64,000 bases of DNA. It comes from a virus. Positions 28,918-38,987 of the stretch are shown here, in pieces (position 1 is the stretch's first letter; each line of letters starts with the position of its first letter). Both the position numbers and the translations under genes were made by a program. A model generated the notes under the pieces. That model was not told the origin of the DNA. It did not search any database and saw nothing but the letters and a program-made list of their open reading frames with translations. The stretch lies in IMG/VR virus record IMGVR_UViG_3300005689_000056, positions 35,462-99,461 of that record; one strand, given 5' to 3'.

Positions 28918-29376
28918 ATGCTTGATGAACAGCAGGTTCGCGCCTTGCGTACTGGCGACACGCTCTACAGCAACGCAGTTGAGTTTGTAGGGCCGGATGG
29001 TAATGTGCCCGGGACAGCGACAGTTCTGGCAAGACCGCGCAAGGTCGGTGACAGCTTCGTATTGAAGGTACGTCGTGAGTATGGGGCTTTCGCTGAGGGC
29101 ACCATTGGTAAGGAGGGCTGGCCCCTCTGGCGTACGCAGGAAGAGAAAACCGACGAGGACGAAGTACATGTGCCGGAGCCGGCACGGCGCGGTGGCTATC
29201 GGCCTGCGCGGTCGGACGCCTCAGTACCGGCAGCACCCGTCGTGACGCAGCCAGAACACAAACTGGACGCACCTACCGCGTCGGTGCACGTGCGCCGGGT
29301 ACCCAGAACGCCTCGGCCTGTCGCCCAGACAGAGAGCGAGCGTATTTCTGCCAAGCTGGCCGCACTCTTCAAGTAG
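28918..29376 (+). CDS. Hypothetical protein
   Basis: AAGGGG RBS. Confidence 0.65.
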   Translation: MLDEQQVRALRTGDTLYSNAVEFVGPDGNVPGTATVLARPRKVGDSFVLKVRREYGAFAEGTIGKEGWPLWRTQEEKTDEDEVHVPEPARRGGYRPARSDASVPAAPVVTQPEHKLDAPTASVHVRRVPRTPRPVAQTESERISAKLAALFK

Positions 29377-29412
29377 TAGCATACCCACACAGTCTCACAA
29401 AGGAGAAACGCC

Positions 29413-29862
29413 ATGACTGCCAAAACCGTAACCACCACGACCACTGCCCGTACTTCGAAGCGCGTAGCGGTCACACTGAAGCCGACGCGTAAGGGTTTCC
29501 ACTACCTTGTGGATGGCGCTCGCCCTACCGCCGGTCCCCGCCTGATGGCACACACGCATGCCGCACTGGAGTTTCTTGGCCTTTTGACCGGCAAGTCTGC
29601 ACTTCGTTCGGCAGCGGAGCGCCTGATGGGCCATACCGCCATCACTTATCATGTCACTGCGCGCAATATGGAAGCACGCGCAGAGACCGTCAAACTCACT
29701 GCCAAAGGGCTGAAGAGCTTCAAGGCCCGGGTCGATACCGGCAGGGTTGATCTCGATCTGGCGGCGGCTTTTCTTGCTGCCATCTCCAAAGGTCGCCCGT
29801 CTGTGGCATACTCGATTCAAGCAGACCACCTGATGGTCGAGCGCGACATTCAGATCCAGTGA
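29413..29862 (+). CDS. Hypothetical protein
   Basis: CTCACAAAGGAG leader. Confidence 0.75.
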   Translation: MTAKTVTTTTTARTSKRVAVTLKPTRKGFHYLVDGARPTAGPRLMAHTHAALEFLGLLTGKSALRSAAERLMGHTAITYHVTARNMEARAETVKLTAKGLKSFKARVDTGRVDLDLAAAFLAAISKGRPSVAYSIQADHLMVERDIQIQ

Positions 29863-29871
29863 GGTGAAACC

Positions 29872-30096
29872 ATGGAAGCACAGATTCGTAGCCAGCGTAC
29901 TGCGCCACCCTCGGAGCGGCGCTGGGACTGGGGCACCGCCCAGTTCATTGATGACATGATCGATTACCTCGCAGGCGGCGGTGACCGAGCTACTGCAGGA
30001 ATGCACATGATCGAGCGCGGTATCTCTGAGGAGACCCGCACACGCGTACTTCGTGGGGTGGCGTACAAACACCATCTTAGCGGGGTGGCTCAATGA
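29872..30096 (+). CDS. Hypothetical protein
   Basis: GAGGTG RBS. Confidence 0.6.
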   Translation: MEAQIRSQRTAPPSERRWDWGTAQFIDDMIDYLAGGGDRATAGMHMIERGISEETRTRVLRGVAYKHHLSGVAQ

Positions 30097-30404
30097 CGCC
30101 GCAAGTACGTTACGACTCTTGGCTGATTGTAAGTTCGGAGCTTGGTGACGAAGTCGTGCCTTGCTCTTTGGTGGGTTGCGGGGCGCATAGCTGCGTTGTT
30201 ACTGAGGATGACGATACCTTCGACGAACTTTTCTCTCTGGCGAACTCGTTTGTGCAGGGTTGTCACATTACGCAGTTTGAGATCAGGGACGGCTGGGGGG
30301 CACGGCTCACCATGCCCGGATACTTGGACTGCACAGAGTGGACGATTTTCCGTACCAAGGAAGAAGCCGAAGAGTACCTGAAAGACCTGCAGGAGGGCGA
30401 CTGA
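30093..30404 (+). CDS. Hypothetical protein
   Basis: ATGA coupling; GWGARLTMPGYLDCTEW. Confidence 0.7.
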   Translation: MTPQVRYDSWLIVSSELGDEVVPCSLVGCGAHSCVVTEDDDTFDELFSLANSFVQGCHITQFEIRDGWGARLTMPGYLDCTEWTIFRTKEEAEEYLKDLQEGD

Positions 30405-30405
30405 T

Positions 30406-30741
30406 ATGCAGCGCATACCCGTGAGTTTTCCTGCGATGGATACTATCCGTCTGGTAGCGGCGGGACTAGACCCCGAGGTCTATCTGGTCAAGAAACTAGA
30501 TCGCGTTGTGGTAAGTGATCTCGTGGGCGTGCCGGACTTCACGGGGTACGGTTACGTAGTAGGCTTCGAGACCAGTCAAGCTGATGGTCTGGATTACTAT
30601 GTTATCTCACTCACTGTGACCGAGTATCGCGGTGTGCTTGAGCCTTCCGACGAGAGGGTACGTGTTGTAGTAAATGGAACCCCGAAGGAAGGTGGTGGTT
30701 TCTACAGCAGCGTTGTGCTAGACCGTAAGCCTGCCGGGTAG
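30406..30741 (+). CDS. Hypothetical protein
   Basis: AGGAGG RBS. Confidence 0.65.
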   Translation: MQRIPVSFPAMDTIRLVAAGLDPEVYLVKKLDRVVVSDLVGVPDFTGYGYVVGFETSQADGLDYYVISLTVTEYRGVLEPSDERVRVVVNGTPKEGGGFYSSVVLDRKPAG

Positions 30742-30777
30742 CGTATAGTTAAGTCTCTCACACAGGAGGGCTTCGAC

Positions 30778-31053
30778 ATGGCAACGACCAAAGGACGTGT
30801 GGTACTTGTGATGCGTAAGGTATCACGCCCCGTTTCCGGGGAACAGATCGGCGAGCGTATGTATGCTGTAGCTAACCCGGCAATCAGGCCAGCCCTAGGC
30901 GGCGGGTACTGCATCGACGTAGAACGGTCAGTAGTAGTTTCGTGGTCTGGGGGCGAACTCAGCGACCGCCTGCGGGTAATGAAGTCTCTGGTAGAAGACG
31001 GCTTCTCTATCGAGGACGAGGGTTCTTATATGGGTAGTCTTGGTCTGGTATAG
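30778..31053 (+). CDS. Hypothetical protein
   Basis: CTCACACAGGAG leader. Confidence 0.7.
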   Translation: MATTKGRVVLVMRKVSRPVSGEQIGERMYAVANPAIRPALGGGYCIDVERSVVVSWSGGELSDRLRVMKSLVEDGFSIEDEGSYMGSLGLV

Positions 31054-31079
31054 TTACGTCTCCACTTAGGAGACCTACT

Positions 31080-31634
31080 ATGCTGCTTAGCTACACTGAA
31101 CTTTGTGAATTGATCGAGCAAGGACTGGTTACGGGTACCGACGAGTACCCGATATCCTTCAACGATGTAAACTCTGCGTCCCTCGATATCCACCTGTCCG
31201 ATACCGTGTTGGTAGATAACGAGCGGCGCGGTAAAATCATCGACTACGCCAACCGTGAAAAACCATCCATGCAGACTGTCCGTATTCACCGGGCAGACGG
31301 GTATGTGCTTGCTCCGGGGGAGGGTATCCTTGCGTCAAGCACTGAGACTTTTAACCTGCCTTCGCACATTTCTGCCGAGTACAAGCTGAAGTCGTCAATG
31401 GCTCGCATTTTTCTGGAGCACCTAAATGCTGGCTGGTGTGATGCTGGGTGGCATGGGTCACGATTAACCCTAGAACTGATCAATCTGTCCTGCACGTACG
31501 GTATTCGTCTGCGCCCCGGCGATGCTATCGGTCAAGTTGTGTTTTTCAAACATGCACCGGTACCTTACGAGAAAAGCTATGCTGCGCGCGGGAGATATAA
31601 CAATGATGGCGCGGTGTCAGGCATCAAACCTTGA
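31080..31634 (+). CDS. dcd: dCTP deaminase
   Basis: NSASLDIHL, LKSSMAR, AGWCDAGWHG..LTLELIN, IGQVVF. Confidence 0.88.
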   Translation: MLLSYTELCELIEQGLVTGTDEYPISFNDVNSASLDIHLSDTVLVDNERRGKIIDYANREKPSMQTVRIHRADGYVLAPGEGILASSTETFNLPSHISAEYKLKSSMARIFLEHLNAGWCDAGWHGSRLTLELINLSCTYGIRLRPGDAIGQVVFFKHAPVPYEKSYAARGRYNNDGAVSGIKP

Positions 31635-31635
31635 T

Positions 31636-31857
31636 ATGCAAAACTACCACGTGAGTATCGGTGGTATACCTTTGTGTGAGTCGTGTCTTCCCTCTTCGGT
31701 GATCGGTACTCTGGAAGAAAACGGCATGCATGTTACGTGTGGGCATCAGTATCTACATAGTGCGCGGAAGCTGGCTGGCGCTCTGTGCGCTAATGGTTAC
31801 CTAGCCGATGTGATACTCGGGCCATGTCCGAACATACGGCGCAGCAACACACCTTAG
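31636..31857 (+). CDS. Small Cys-containing protein
   Basis: Packed ORF after dcd. Confidence 0.45.
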   Translation: MQNYHVSIGGIPLCESCLPSSVIGTLEENGMHVTCGHQYLHSARKLAGALCANGYLADVILGPCPNIRRSNTP

Positions 31858-31925
31858 CAGTGAAGCCCCGGCACACCAGTGTCGGGGGTATTATCTAGTC
31901 CTAGACAAACCGCAAAGGGGTTGAA

Positions 31926-32195
31926 ATGACCAAGAAACAACACATCGCAGCACTCCGCCTGTCGCCTCTTGGCGAAGAGGGAGTGTCACAGATCCGCAAG
32001 ATCGTGGAGGAGCGTAAGTACCGTAAGGTCAACGAGGTGATGGTTGACGTGTTCACGGCTTCTGCCTTCATTGCAGTGTACGACGCCGTGAATGACGCCA
32101 ATAAAGAGAAGCTGCGCGGTAAGGCGGTCTTTGAGGCCTGCGACATCGCGTTGCGGGTTATCAACAAGGCCAACGCTGAGGGGAGAGCAAAATGA
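31926..32195 (+). CDS. Hypothetical protein
   Basis: AAGGGG RBS. Confidence 0.7.
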   Translation: MTKKQHIAALRLSPLGEEGVSQIRKIVEERKYRKVNEVMVDVFTASAFIAVYDAVNDANKEKLRGKAVFEACDIALRVINKANAEGRAK

Positions 32196-32707
32196 CTGTA
32201 CAACACCCATCCAACGCTCCGGTGGCGTGGACAGGCGGAACGCGACCCGGCAAATTCCTCAGCATCTCCAGCAGTGAGAGAGCATACCGCTCAGCTATCT
32301 TCCGCAAGCATGTGGATATATACGTGGAGTTCTGGGGGGCGAAACCGCCTCGCGATATACTGCGCACTTACTACAACTGGGCGCGATACGACGCGCACGC
32401 CACCGTGCAATCGATTGCAAAATCGCCAGAAGAACCTGCCGCAGAGAAGCGGCTAGCGTACGGTAGAGCGAAGTACTCTGGACCTACGGATAGTCGAGGT
32501 AGCCGTATGCTGCTACGCTGGCTATCGGGAACCGGGGCTCTGCGAGTGAAGGACTGCACCCTCGATTGGCCGGGCGGCTGGAGTGCCCACAGCCCGCTGG
32601 AGAAGGCTGGGGCTACCTGCCTATTCGATGATCGCGGGTGGGTGTATTTCTCTGTACCTGCGGATACGGCGAAAGACATGGTGGATGCCCTTCGCACTGC
32701 CACGTAG
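32192..32707 (+). CDS. Hypothetical protein
   Basis: ATGA coupling. Confidence 0.6.
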   Translation: MTVQHPSNAPVAWTGGTRPGKFLSISSSERAYRSAIFRKHVDIYVEFWGAKPPRDILRTYYNWARYDAHATVQSIAKSPEEPAAEKRLAYGRAKYSGPTDSRGSRMLLRWLSGTGALRVKDCTLDWPGGWSAHSPLEKAGATCLFDDRGWVYFSVPADTAKDMVDALRTAT

Positions 32708-32760
32708 AACGTACTGCCTTCGCGTATAATGAGGGCTCACAGACCAGCAAGGGGCCGCAC

Positions 32761-33096
32761 ATGGCACGCAAAACCACCAAAGCAGCACAGGCTGCTATCG
32801 ATCACTACAACGCGTGTTTGCAGCACGCAGAAGGTGTCCTTCGCGTACGCGCTACCGCTCCGGTAGAGTCGTGGACAGACCACGCTCATCGCTGGACGCC
32901 GGAGTATGTAGAGGCGTTCATGGCTGGCGTAGCACACACGGTCGAGATGGTACTCTCGCAGCAGGGCTGCTACGCAGGCTTTTATTACGTTGGGGCCACC
33001 GGTACGTTTCTGCACAACCGGGTAGCTGCCGGGGCGGAGATCGGAGACAACCCTGAGTTCCGCGAGTGGCGCAGGGTATACATTGCGAGGGGGTAA
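32761..33096 (+). CDS. Hypothetical protein
   Basis: TATAAT at 32725 and AAGGGG RBS. Confidence 0.7.
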   Translation: MARKTTKAAQAAIDHYNACLQHAEGVLRVRATAPVESWTDHAHRWTPEYVEAFMAGVAHTVEMVLSQQGCYAGFYYVGATGTFLHNRVAAGAEIGDNPEFREWRRVYIARG

Positions 33097-33098
33097 CC

Positions 33099-33515
33099 AT
33101 GCTGTACGAGATACACGACATCGGAGTACTGCATGCACAGGACGCGCTGATTGCGGCGTTACAGAAGTCACCATATCGCTGTAACGGCTGGTATGACGTA
33201 TCCGGTGTCGGTGAAGTATACATCCGTATGGGGTCTCGCCGTGCCTTTACGCTGGACGGTATGGAGCAGCCTGCCATGCTCGAAACCATCGACGTGGCTA
33301 ACGTCACCGTGTGGGAGCCGTACCGGCGGCGCGGGGTGATGAAGTCGATATTGGCGGCATGCTACCTTCTAGGACAGAAGCGCTGCTATCAGGCCTTGTA
33401 TGTAGAGAATGTACATAACGAGCACCTGAGACGGTTTCTCGGGCAGGACTCTCGCTGGGTAGTGTCACGCGGGGACATAGTTGTACCATCTTTCTACACC
33501 CTAATTAAGGAGTAA
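33099..33515 (+). CDS. GNAT-like acetyltransferase
   Basis: IDVANVTVWEPYRRRGVMKSIL acetyl-CoA motif; VENVHN. Confidence 0.6.
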   Translation: MLYEIHDIGVLHAQDALIAALQKSPYRCNGWYDVSGVGEVYIRMGSRRAFTLDGMEQPAMLETIDVANVTVWEPYRRRGVMKSILAACYLLGQKRCYQALYVENVHNEHLRRFLGQDSRWVVSRGDIVVPSFYTLIKE

Positions 33516-33519
33516 CGCC

Positions 33520-33846
33520 GTGCGCCCCGAACAAGCCATTCAAGAGTCCATGCAGAAAGTCTATACTTCACTGCACAACATCCACGCCCGCCGCGAAGAT
33601 CCGAACATCTCCGATGCGGAGATTGTGTCGCTCGCGGCTACGTATACTGCCTCGGCAATGGCAGCAGCCTGCGACTTGCTCACTCACGCCATCGCACAGC
33701 AGGCCATTCTCAGTGGGCCGGGCAGCGAGAATACTCTGGTTACCGTATTCGTTGCTGAGCTTCGGGAGAGCCTGTGGCAGGCTATGGCGGGTATCGAATC
33801 CACACACGCTATCAATGTCGCAAAGGAGCAGAGCCGTGCAAGTTGA
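33520..33846 (+). CDS. Hypothetical protein
   Basis: AAGGAG RBS. Confidence 0.65.
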   Translation: MRPEQAIQESMQKVYTSLHNIHARREDPNISDAEIVSLAATYTASAMAAACDLLTHAIAQQAILSGPGSENTLVTVFVAELRESLWQAMAGIESTHAINVAKEQSRAS

Positions 33847-34360
33847 TGACCGTACTATCGACCTACGGAAAGTGTGCCATACCCGACCGGGCGATCTGGT
33901 ACGCATTCACGCGTTTGACGGTGTAGAGCGCGGCTTGTTTCTTGTATGCTCCGCTGGCAAGATCAGTCGTGAACTCAAGTCAGCCGGCCTGTACGAGTCC
34001 GATAAACCGGTGTTCATGGTCGACATTCGCTCAGGTGTTGCAGAGCAGTTACCTCACCTGTCGGCACACGTGGCTGCGGTCGAGCGAAATGCTTGTGTAG
34101 TAATCGGCGAGGACGATACCAGTGGATCAGAGAAATCGCCGCGCCGTAAAGCTAATAAGTCTCCTGCAGAGTTTGCCAAAGAACTCTCTGCCGCGTACGG
34201 TCTTTCGCTCGTTGCTCTGACCGAGGATTTCAGCGAGGAGCAATGGTGGTTCAAGGAACTGGAGAAGATGGTCTTTAATGGTACGGATGAACAGCGGAGG
34301 GCGGTGGCAGTGGTTCGTAGTCTACTGGCCCAGATAGGTGAGGCGCGGGTGAAGCCATGA
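33836..34360 (+). CDS. Hypothetical protein
   Basis: AAGGAG RBS before GTG. Confidence 0.65.
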   Translation: MQVDDRTIDLRKVCHTRPGDLVRIHAFDGVERGLFLVCSAGKISRELKSAGLYESDKPVFMVDIRSGVAEQLPHLSAHVAAVERNACVVIGEDDTSGSEKSPRRKANKSPAEFAKELSAAYGLSLVALTEDFSEEQWWFKELEKMVFNGTDEQRRAVAVVRSLLAQIGEARVKP

Positions 34361-34653
34361 AAATGTCAAAGGAAAACCTGCAATTTTTGCAGGAGCGCAT
34401 CGAGCCTCTGGATACCGACAAACTGCGGACAGCGTATCGCGAACAGGGTCTCTCGCCAGTACGATACATGTTCGACCTGTTCTATAAGTCCAAGGTTCGG
34501 ATAGGTGATGGAGTGGGTATGTCGGGGGATATCGTCGAGCCCGGACTTAATGACGAGCATCTGGAGACGGCTCTGAGGACTATTCTTGCCATACCCCGGT
34601 CTTGTGTCGTGATTCCTATTAAACTAGGAAAGCGGCAGCCGTCACTGTTTTGA
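34357..34653 (+). CDS. Hypothetical protein
   Basis: ATGA coupling. Confidence 0.65.
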   Translation: MKMSKENLQFLQERIEPLDTDKLRTAYREQGLSPVRYMFDLFYKSKVRIGDGVGMSGDIVEPGLNDEHLETALRTILAIPRSCVVIPIKLGKRQPSLF

Positions 34654-34731
34654 GGCGATTTACGGGAAAATACTGGGGTTTTCCCGCAAGCTGTCTCGGG
34701 GTAGAATAGATCCACTCGCAAAGGAGAGATC

Positions 34732-35052
34732 ATGAAATATCGAATTCACTACTGTATTGCTTCGGTCGTACATGTCGAGCGCGCCGGGGAGCCTGTCGTC
34801 ATGGTGATGTATGACGGCATTGATAGGCAGACTGGGCATGTTGCGACTATCTACGAGCCTGAGTGGGTAGAACGTGACGGCCAGCACTACCCCGCCGTAT
34901 CTAGTGTTGAGCTTGCAGAGCACTTCCGTGAGTATGTGCCGCACAAGGTGACCGAAGCCATCAATAATCATTTCAGGCATATGTTTGCGTTGCCTGAAGA
35001 GGTACGCAGAACGTACATCGACGCTATCTCTTCTTTTGAGGTGGAAGCATGA
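34732..35052 (+). CDS. Hypothetical protein
   Basis: CTCGCAAAGGAG leader. Confidence 0.7.
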   Translation: MKYRIHYCIASVVHVERAGEPVVMVMYDGIDRQTGHVATIYEPEWVERDGQHYPAVSSVELAEHFREYVPHKVTEAINNHFRHMFALPEEVRRTYIDAISSFEVEA

Positions 35053-35435
35053 AAAACGACGACATTCAGACTGTCATACCGGTTGTGGTCAGGGCGTACC
35101 TAGAAGCCGCCATGTTTACTGACTCCGGGCACGACGAAGGTAACGTACCTCCGCACTCTGAGTTCTCGAGTTACGGAGTACTGCAGGCCTATGCCACGGT
35201 CGCCGACTTTCTCAAGCAGTGTGACGAGGTTGGGCTTCTGGATGCGTACGTTGAGACGGGGCGCACGTGGGACGCTTTCGGCCACGACGTATGGCTTACC
35301 CGTAATCGCCACGGCACCGGGTTCTGGGATCGCGGCATGGGTGAGCTTGGGGATAAACTCACCGCGCTTGCTAACCTTCTGGGTACGGCCTATGTGGTCG
35401 AGACCGACGATTTACTTGTTTGTTTTGAGGGGTAG
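35049..35435 (+). CDS. Hypothetical protein
   Basis: GAGGTG RBS; GHDVWLTRNRHGTGFWDR motif. Confidence 0.75.
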   Translation: MKNDDIQTVIPVVVRAYLEAAMFTDSGHDEGNVPPHSEFSSYGVLQAYATVADFLKQCDEVGLLDAYVETGRTWDAFGHDVWLTRNRHGTGFWDRGMGELGDKLTALANLLGTAYVVETDDLLVCFEG

Positions 35436-35437
35436 CC

Positions 35438-35620
35438 ATGAACATTCGTGATGTGCAGGGGATCATCAAGATCCACCACAAGCTGGACAAGTTCCCCACT
35501 GAGGCCATGGCTGAATCGGAGATGGAGCGTCTGCGCCGCAAAGTTGCGCGGGGCGATATCTCTGGAGGTGACCGCCAGTTGGCAGAGAAGCTGGGGCTTT
35601 GCGGTAAAGGAGGCAAGTAA
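35438..35620 (+). CDS. Hypothetical protein
   Basis: GAGGGG RBS. Confidence 0.6.
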   Translation: MNIRDVQGIIKIHHKLDKFPTEAMAESEMERLRRKVARGDISGGDRQLAEKLGLCGKGGK

Positions 35621-35847
35621 TGGATATCGAACGGGCGCAGGCCCTCACCCCCGGAAAGACTGTTCGTTGCCCTCCAGACCGTGGCGAACCGGGCTATATC
35701 GGCAAGGTCACCCACGTATCGCAGCAGGTGCAAATCGCGCTGAATGGCACTAAGTACGTGTGGGTTACGGTAGCTAAACGTACCGCGATTCACGGATCTG
35801 TCGTACATCCGCAGAGTGCCGTATGGCCGTCTAACAGGCTAGGCTAA
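35620..35847 (+). CDS. Hypothetical protein
   Basis: AGGAGG RBS. Confidence 0.65.
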   Translation: MDIERAQALTPGKTVRCPPDRGEPGYIGKVTHVSQQVQIALNGTKYVWVTVAKRTAIHGSVVHPQSAVWPSNRLG

Positions 35848-35848
35848 A

Positions 35849-36118
35849 ATGCAATCGATTGCAGATAGGCCTAGCATACCGCCTGAGATGATCGCTTTCC
35901 AGCAGACCATGCAGAAGTACGCTGCCCCGGGGTTTTGGGTCACGCTGCGCCCGGACGGCAGCGAGGCGTACTTGGTAGGCTCTGGCAATCAGTTGCGGGG
36001 GATGGTCATTCACTACATTGTCCGGGACTGCCCGACGGTGGCGATCATCCACTTTCTTTCTACCATGTACCCGGGACACTACGACGTGTTCGCGGGTTTT
36101 GGAGGGCATCATGACTGA
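35849..36118 (+). CDS. Hypothetical protein, start uncertain
   Basis: Packed ORF beginning in a 16-bp palindrome. Confidence 0.45.
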   Translation: MQSIADRPSIPPEMIAFQQTMQKYAAPGFWVTLRPDGSEAYLVGSGNQLRGMVIHYIVRDCPTVAIIHFLSTMYPGHYDVFAGFGGHHD

Positions 36119-36296
36119 ACGGGTAGTTATTCGTATCCAAGGGGTACGCTACGAGTCCGTACCTGAAGAGGTCGGCATGAGTTGTAGCTCGTGCGATCTC
36201 TACGAGCCACACAGGCCGTGTAACCCGGAGGTGCCGGGCTCGGACTACTCCGACTGGTGTAACATCAACAAGTCTGTATTTCGTATTCTGGAGTAG
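36111..36296 (+). CDS. Small Cys-rich protein
   Basis: GGAGGG RBS. Confidence 0.55.
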   Translation: MTERVVIRIQGVRYESVPEEVGMSCSSCDLYEPHRPCNPEVPGSDYSDWCNINKSVFRILE

Positions 36297-36298
36297 CC

Positions 36299-36523
36299 AT
36301 GCACTACGAGATCAATGTGTCGCATAAAGGCCGGCATCTTTTCGCAACGCACCCGCGAAGCCTTACGCACAAGGTGGAAGCAGTCGAGCTTTTCGAGAAG
36401 TTCCAGAAGCTGTTTCCTGCCGATGATGGGTACACCGTCCGCATGTATCGCTGCGAGCGTTCTGCGCAGCTTGTATCGGTAAAGGCGGGGGTTGATGCTA
36501 CTGGCGAGGCGTATAATGGATGA
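36299..36523 (+). CDS. Hypothetical protein
   Basis: GGAG RBS. Confidence 0.65.
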   Translation: MHYEINVSHKGRHLFATHPRSLTHKVEAVELFEKFQKLFPADDGYTVRMYRCERSAQLVSVKAGVDATGEAYNG

Positions 36524-36881
36524 CGCACGCCATCGCATCAAAGCTACCGCGCTGAAGCGCACCATAACCCGCACTAAAAACGCTGCTAAGCGGGCTCCAA
36601 GCCTCGAAGCCAAGCTAGACCTACAACGACGGGTCAAAGGGCTGGAAGAGGATCTACGCCTGCATAACCTCAATTATTTTGAACTTACTGGCACGGCACA
36701 TCGCTTACCCGAGCGATACGTGCAGGCGTTAGTAAGAGCGGTGGATGAGGCCGCGGATTGGCGTGGGGTGTTGGCTGGTAACCCGGACCCCGAACCGCTG
36801 CGGGAGTTCGATGCGTTCATAGCTACGGCTCGTTGTGCTCTGGAGATGGTGCGGGACAATAACACCAAGCTACCTGAGTAG
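36516..36881 (+). CDS. Hypothetical protein
   Basis: GAGG RBS. Confidence 0.6.
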   Translation: MDDARHRIKATALKRTITRTKNAAKRAPSLEAKLDLQRRVKGLEEDLRLHNLNYFELTGTAHRLPERYVQALVRAVDEAADWRGVLAGNPDPEPLREFDAFIATARCALEMVRDNNTKLPE

Positions 36882-36944
36882 TTCTGCAATCGATTGCAAA
36901 CACTGCAGGGCGTACTATTGGATCTCTCACACAGGAGCAGGATC

Positions 36945-37274
36945 ATGAAGCTGGATCGCGAACATTTCAAGGCGCGTGGTATGTACGCTGCCCACCTCCT
37001 CAACCGCATGAACTGGCCTTACCTTACTCGTGAGGTTCCGGTTTATGGGTTGGGTACTTCGTGGCAGAGCAAGGCCTTTCGCGAAGGTTTCGAAGAGCAG
37101 TTGACCATGCTGCATCGGCAAGGCTCAGCCCGTCGAGCCCACGCTGTTGCGCTCTACGAGGAGGCGCGCAAGTCTGCACAGGCGGACAACATGCCTCGCT
37201 TCACTCGCTGCTTCCGCAAGATGCGTGAAATGCTTGACCGGGAGTTCGCCCCGGCCACGGCTGCGAGACGCTAA
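36945..37274 (+). CDS. Hypothetical protein
   Basis: CTCACACAGGAG leader. Confidence 0.7.
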   Translation: MKLDREHFKARGMYAAHLLNRMNWPYLTREVPVYGLGTSWQSKAFREGFEEQLTMLHRQGSARRAHAVALYEEARKSAQADNMPRFTRCFRKMREMLDREFAPATAARR

Positions 37275-37275
37275 C

Positions 37276-37488
37276 ATGGCGCTGCACATAACTCGCGATG
37301 AGCGCGGCTATCTCCGAGTAGTGGAGATCGTTATCTCGGCATACGAGACGAAACGCACATTCTGGTACTACGACACCGACCGATGGTTGCGTACAGTGCG
37401 GGGCGTCGCCGGGGAGGAGCCTACCTTACCTATGGTGGGTAGTGAGATCATGTGGGTAAAGCGGTACTACCTGCCACGGCTACAATAG
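37276..37488 (+). CDS. Hypothetical protein
   Basis: ATG 1 nt after the previous stop. Confidence 0.55.
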   Translation: MALHITRDERGYLRVVEIVISAYETKRTFWYYDTDRWLRTVRGVAGEEPTLPMVGSEIMWVKRYYLPRLQ

Positions 37489-37527
37489 TCTTCGTCAGCA
37501 GTTCAATCTCTTACAGGAGAATGTGTC

Positions 37528-37860
37528 ATGGGCCTAATCGCCAACGTCTATCGCAGCCCCTGCATGGGCGATTGCACCAAAAACGGTGTGTCATCGCAAC
37601 ACGATACCTTTGTCGTGGAAAACTGCGATGGGCCTTTCAAGGCCAGCCCGGATACCCCCGCGCTGTTCTTGATCCGCCACCGCAGTATCCCGACTGTGGT
37701 TCTGGCGAGCACGCAGCCCCACCATGTGTCGGGGGCGATGTTCGGTGGCAACTTCCTCTACACCAGCGACAGTCGGTTCCGCGAGATGTGCCGCCTCCTC
37801 ACCGGCTATGAGTGGCACGGCCCTGTACCCATCCACGACCGTTTCGAGGTGCTACCGTGA
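37528..37860 (+). CDS. Hypothetical protein
   Basis: ACAGGAG RBS; MFGGNF..SDSRF..PIHDRFE motif. Confidence 0.75.
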   Translation: MGLIANVYRSPCMGDCTKNGVSSQHDTFVVENCDGPFKASPDTPALFLIRHRSIPTVVLASTQPHHVSGAMFGGNFLYTSDSRFREMCRLLTGYEWHGPVPIHDRFEVLP

Positions 37861-38114
37861 GCGTACGCGTGCATACCGGCGTACCCGGCAGCTTCTGTGT
37901 CGTTCAGATCGGCCAGAACTGGGAGGAGTATATCGACGCACGTAAGTCGCCTGACTTCGGTTATTCAGATATCGAGTATGTGTGTCGTGGGCACCTCCGT
38001 AATACAGTACGCGTGCTCAACATCGCAGCCCCTGAGTACATCGTCGGTTTGCTGAGAGACGTGGCACGCACAGGCGATGTTGCTGCGGCTTTCGATAGCA
38101 GGTGCGCGGGGTAG
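37857..38114 (+). CDS. Hypothetical protein
   Basis: GTGA coupling. Confidence 0.55.
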   Translation: MSVRVHTGVPGSFCVVQIGQNWEEYIDARKSPDFGYSDIEYVCRGHLRNTVRVLNIAAPEYIVGLLRDVARTGDVAAAFDSRCAG

Positions 38115-38142
38115 GATACCTCTACTTCAAAGGAGTAGCACA

Positions 38143-38352
38143 ATGGCTAAGCTGGTAACACTTGAGGCGAACAGAACGTACGCCACACCCCTGAACGCGA
38201 TCAAGGCGGTGGAGAAGAGGTTTCCTCCGTCTGGCAATGATGGTTTGTGGTACTTCATACAGACCACGCGTGACGGGCGTTACTTCCCTGTCTTTGTCGG
38301 GGAGTCTGCAGTTCAGGCCGGCGTACATTTCCACTTCAACGTAATCATGTAA
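38143..38352 (+). CDS. Hypothetical protein
   Basis: AAGGAG RBS. Confidence 0.7.
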   Translation: MAKLVTLEANRTYATPLNAIKAVEKRFPPSGNDGLWYFIQTTRDGRYFPVFVGESAVQAGVHFHFNVIM

Positions 38353-38400
38353 GGTGGGATGTCCTAACGGTGGCTAGAGTATCAGTCAAATTTAAGGAGC

Positions 38401-38676
38401 ATGGCTGTGAATAAACGCAACTCGCTGCAGAAAATGATGAGCCGGGAGCGACTGTATGTCGTCGCCTCATCCGGTAACCGCCATGTGGGCTTCAAGAATC
38501 CGGCAGTAGGTAACCGTAGCAGGGTGACGCGCCGTTTCGCGGGGCGTGGCAAGTACTGTGGCACGCAGTTCCTCCGCTACCGTATCTGCGCAGGTAAATT
38601 CCGTGCGGTATTCCGTAGCACGTATGGCTGGGGTACTAGCGATGTCTCGTGGTTCGATTACTATGTTGTGGGGTAG
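38401..38676 (+). CDS. Basic hypothetical protein
   Basis: Packed ORF; start uncertain. Confidence 0.45.
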   Translation: MAVNKRNSLQKMMSRERLYVVASSGNRHVGFKNPAVGNRSRVTRRFAGRGKYCGTQFLRYRICAGKFRAVFRSTYGWGTSDVSWFDYYVVG

Positions 38677-38729
38677 GGGCGGTACCCTCACCTCACCTAT
38701 AATATAGGCACTCACACAGGAGCCACGCC

Positions 38730-38984
38730 ATGCAATACACCCTGCAGCAGAAAGGCACGCATGAAGGTCAGAATACCTATCTCTACGAAGGTGAAGATGG
38801 GTCTCGGGTTTGCTTCTACGCAGATAAGACCGTGCCTTTCCACTATATCTTCCTACCCGTCGCTATGCACAAGCCGGCGAGTCTCGCACTTGAGTTCCGC
38901 ATTATCTCTGCGTTTGTCTCGAATGGTTTGTGCCAGCACGAGCTTGGTGGTTTCGACGCAGCCATCCAGACGCTGGAGGTATAA
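38730..38984 (+). CDS. Hypothetical protein
   Basis: CTCACACAGGAG leader. Confidence 0.7.
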   Translation: MQYTLQQKGTHEGQNTYLYEGEDGSRVCFYADKTVPFHYIFLPVAMHKPASLALEFRIISAFVSNGLCQHELGGFDAAIQTLEV

Positions 38985-38987
38985 GTC

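Noticed and set aside
34378-34392. CTGCAATTTTTGCAG as another palindrome copy
   Set aside because: The centre is one base short, so it was not counted
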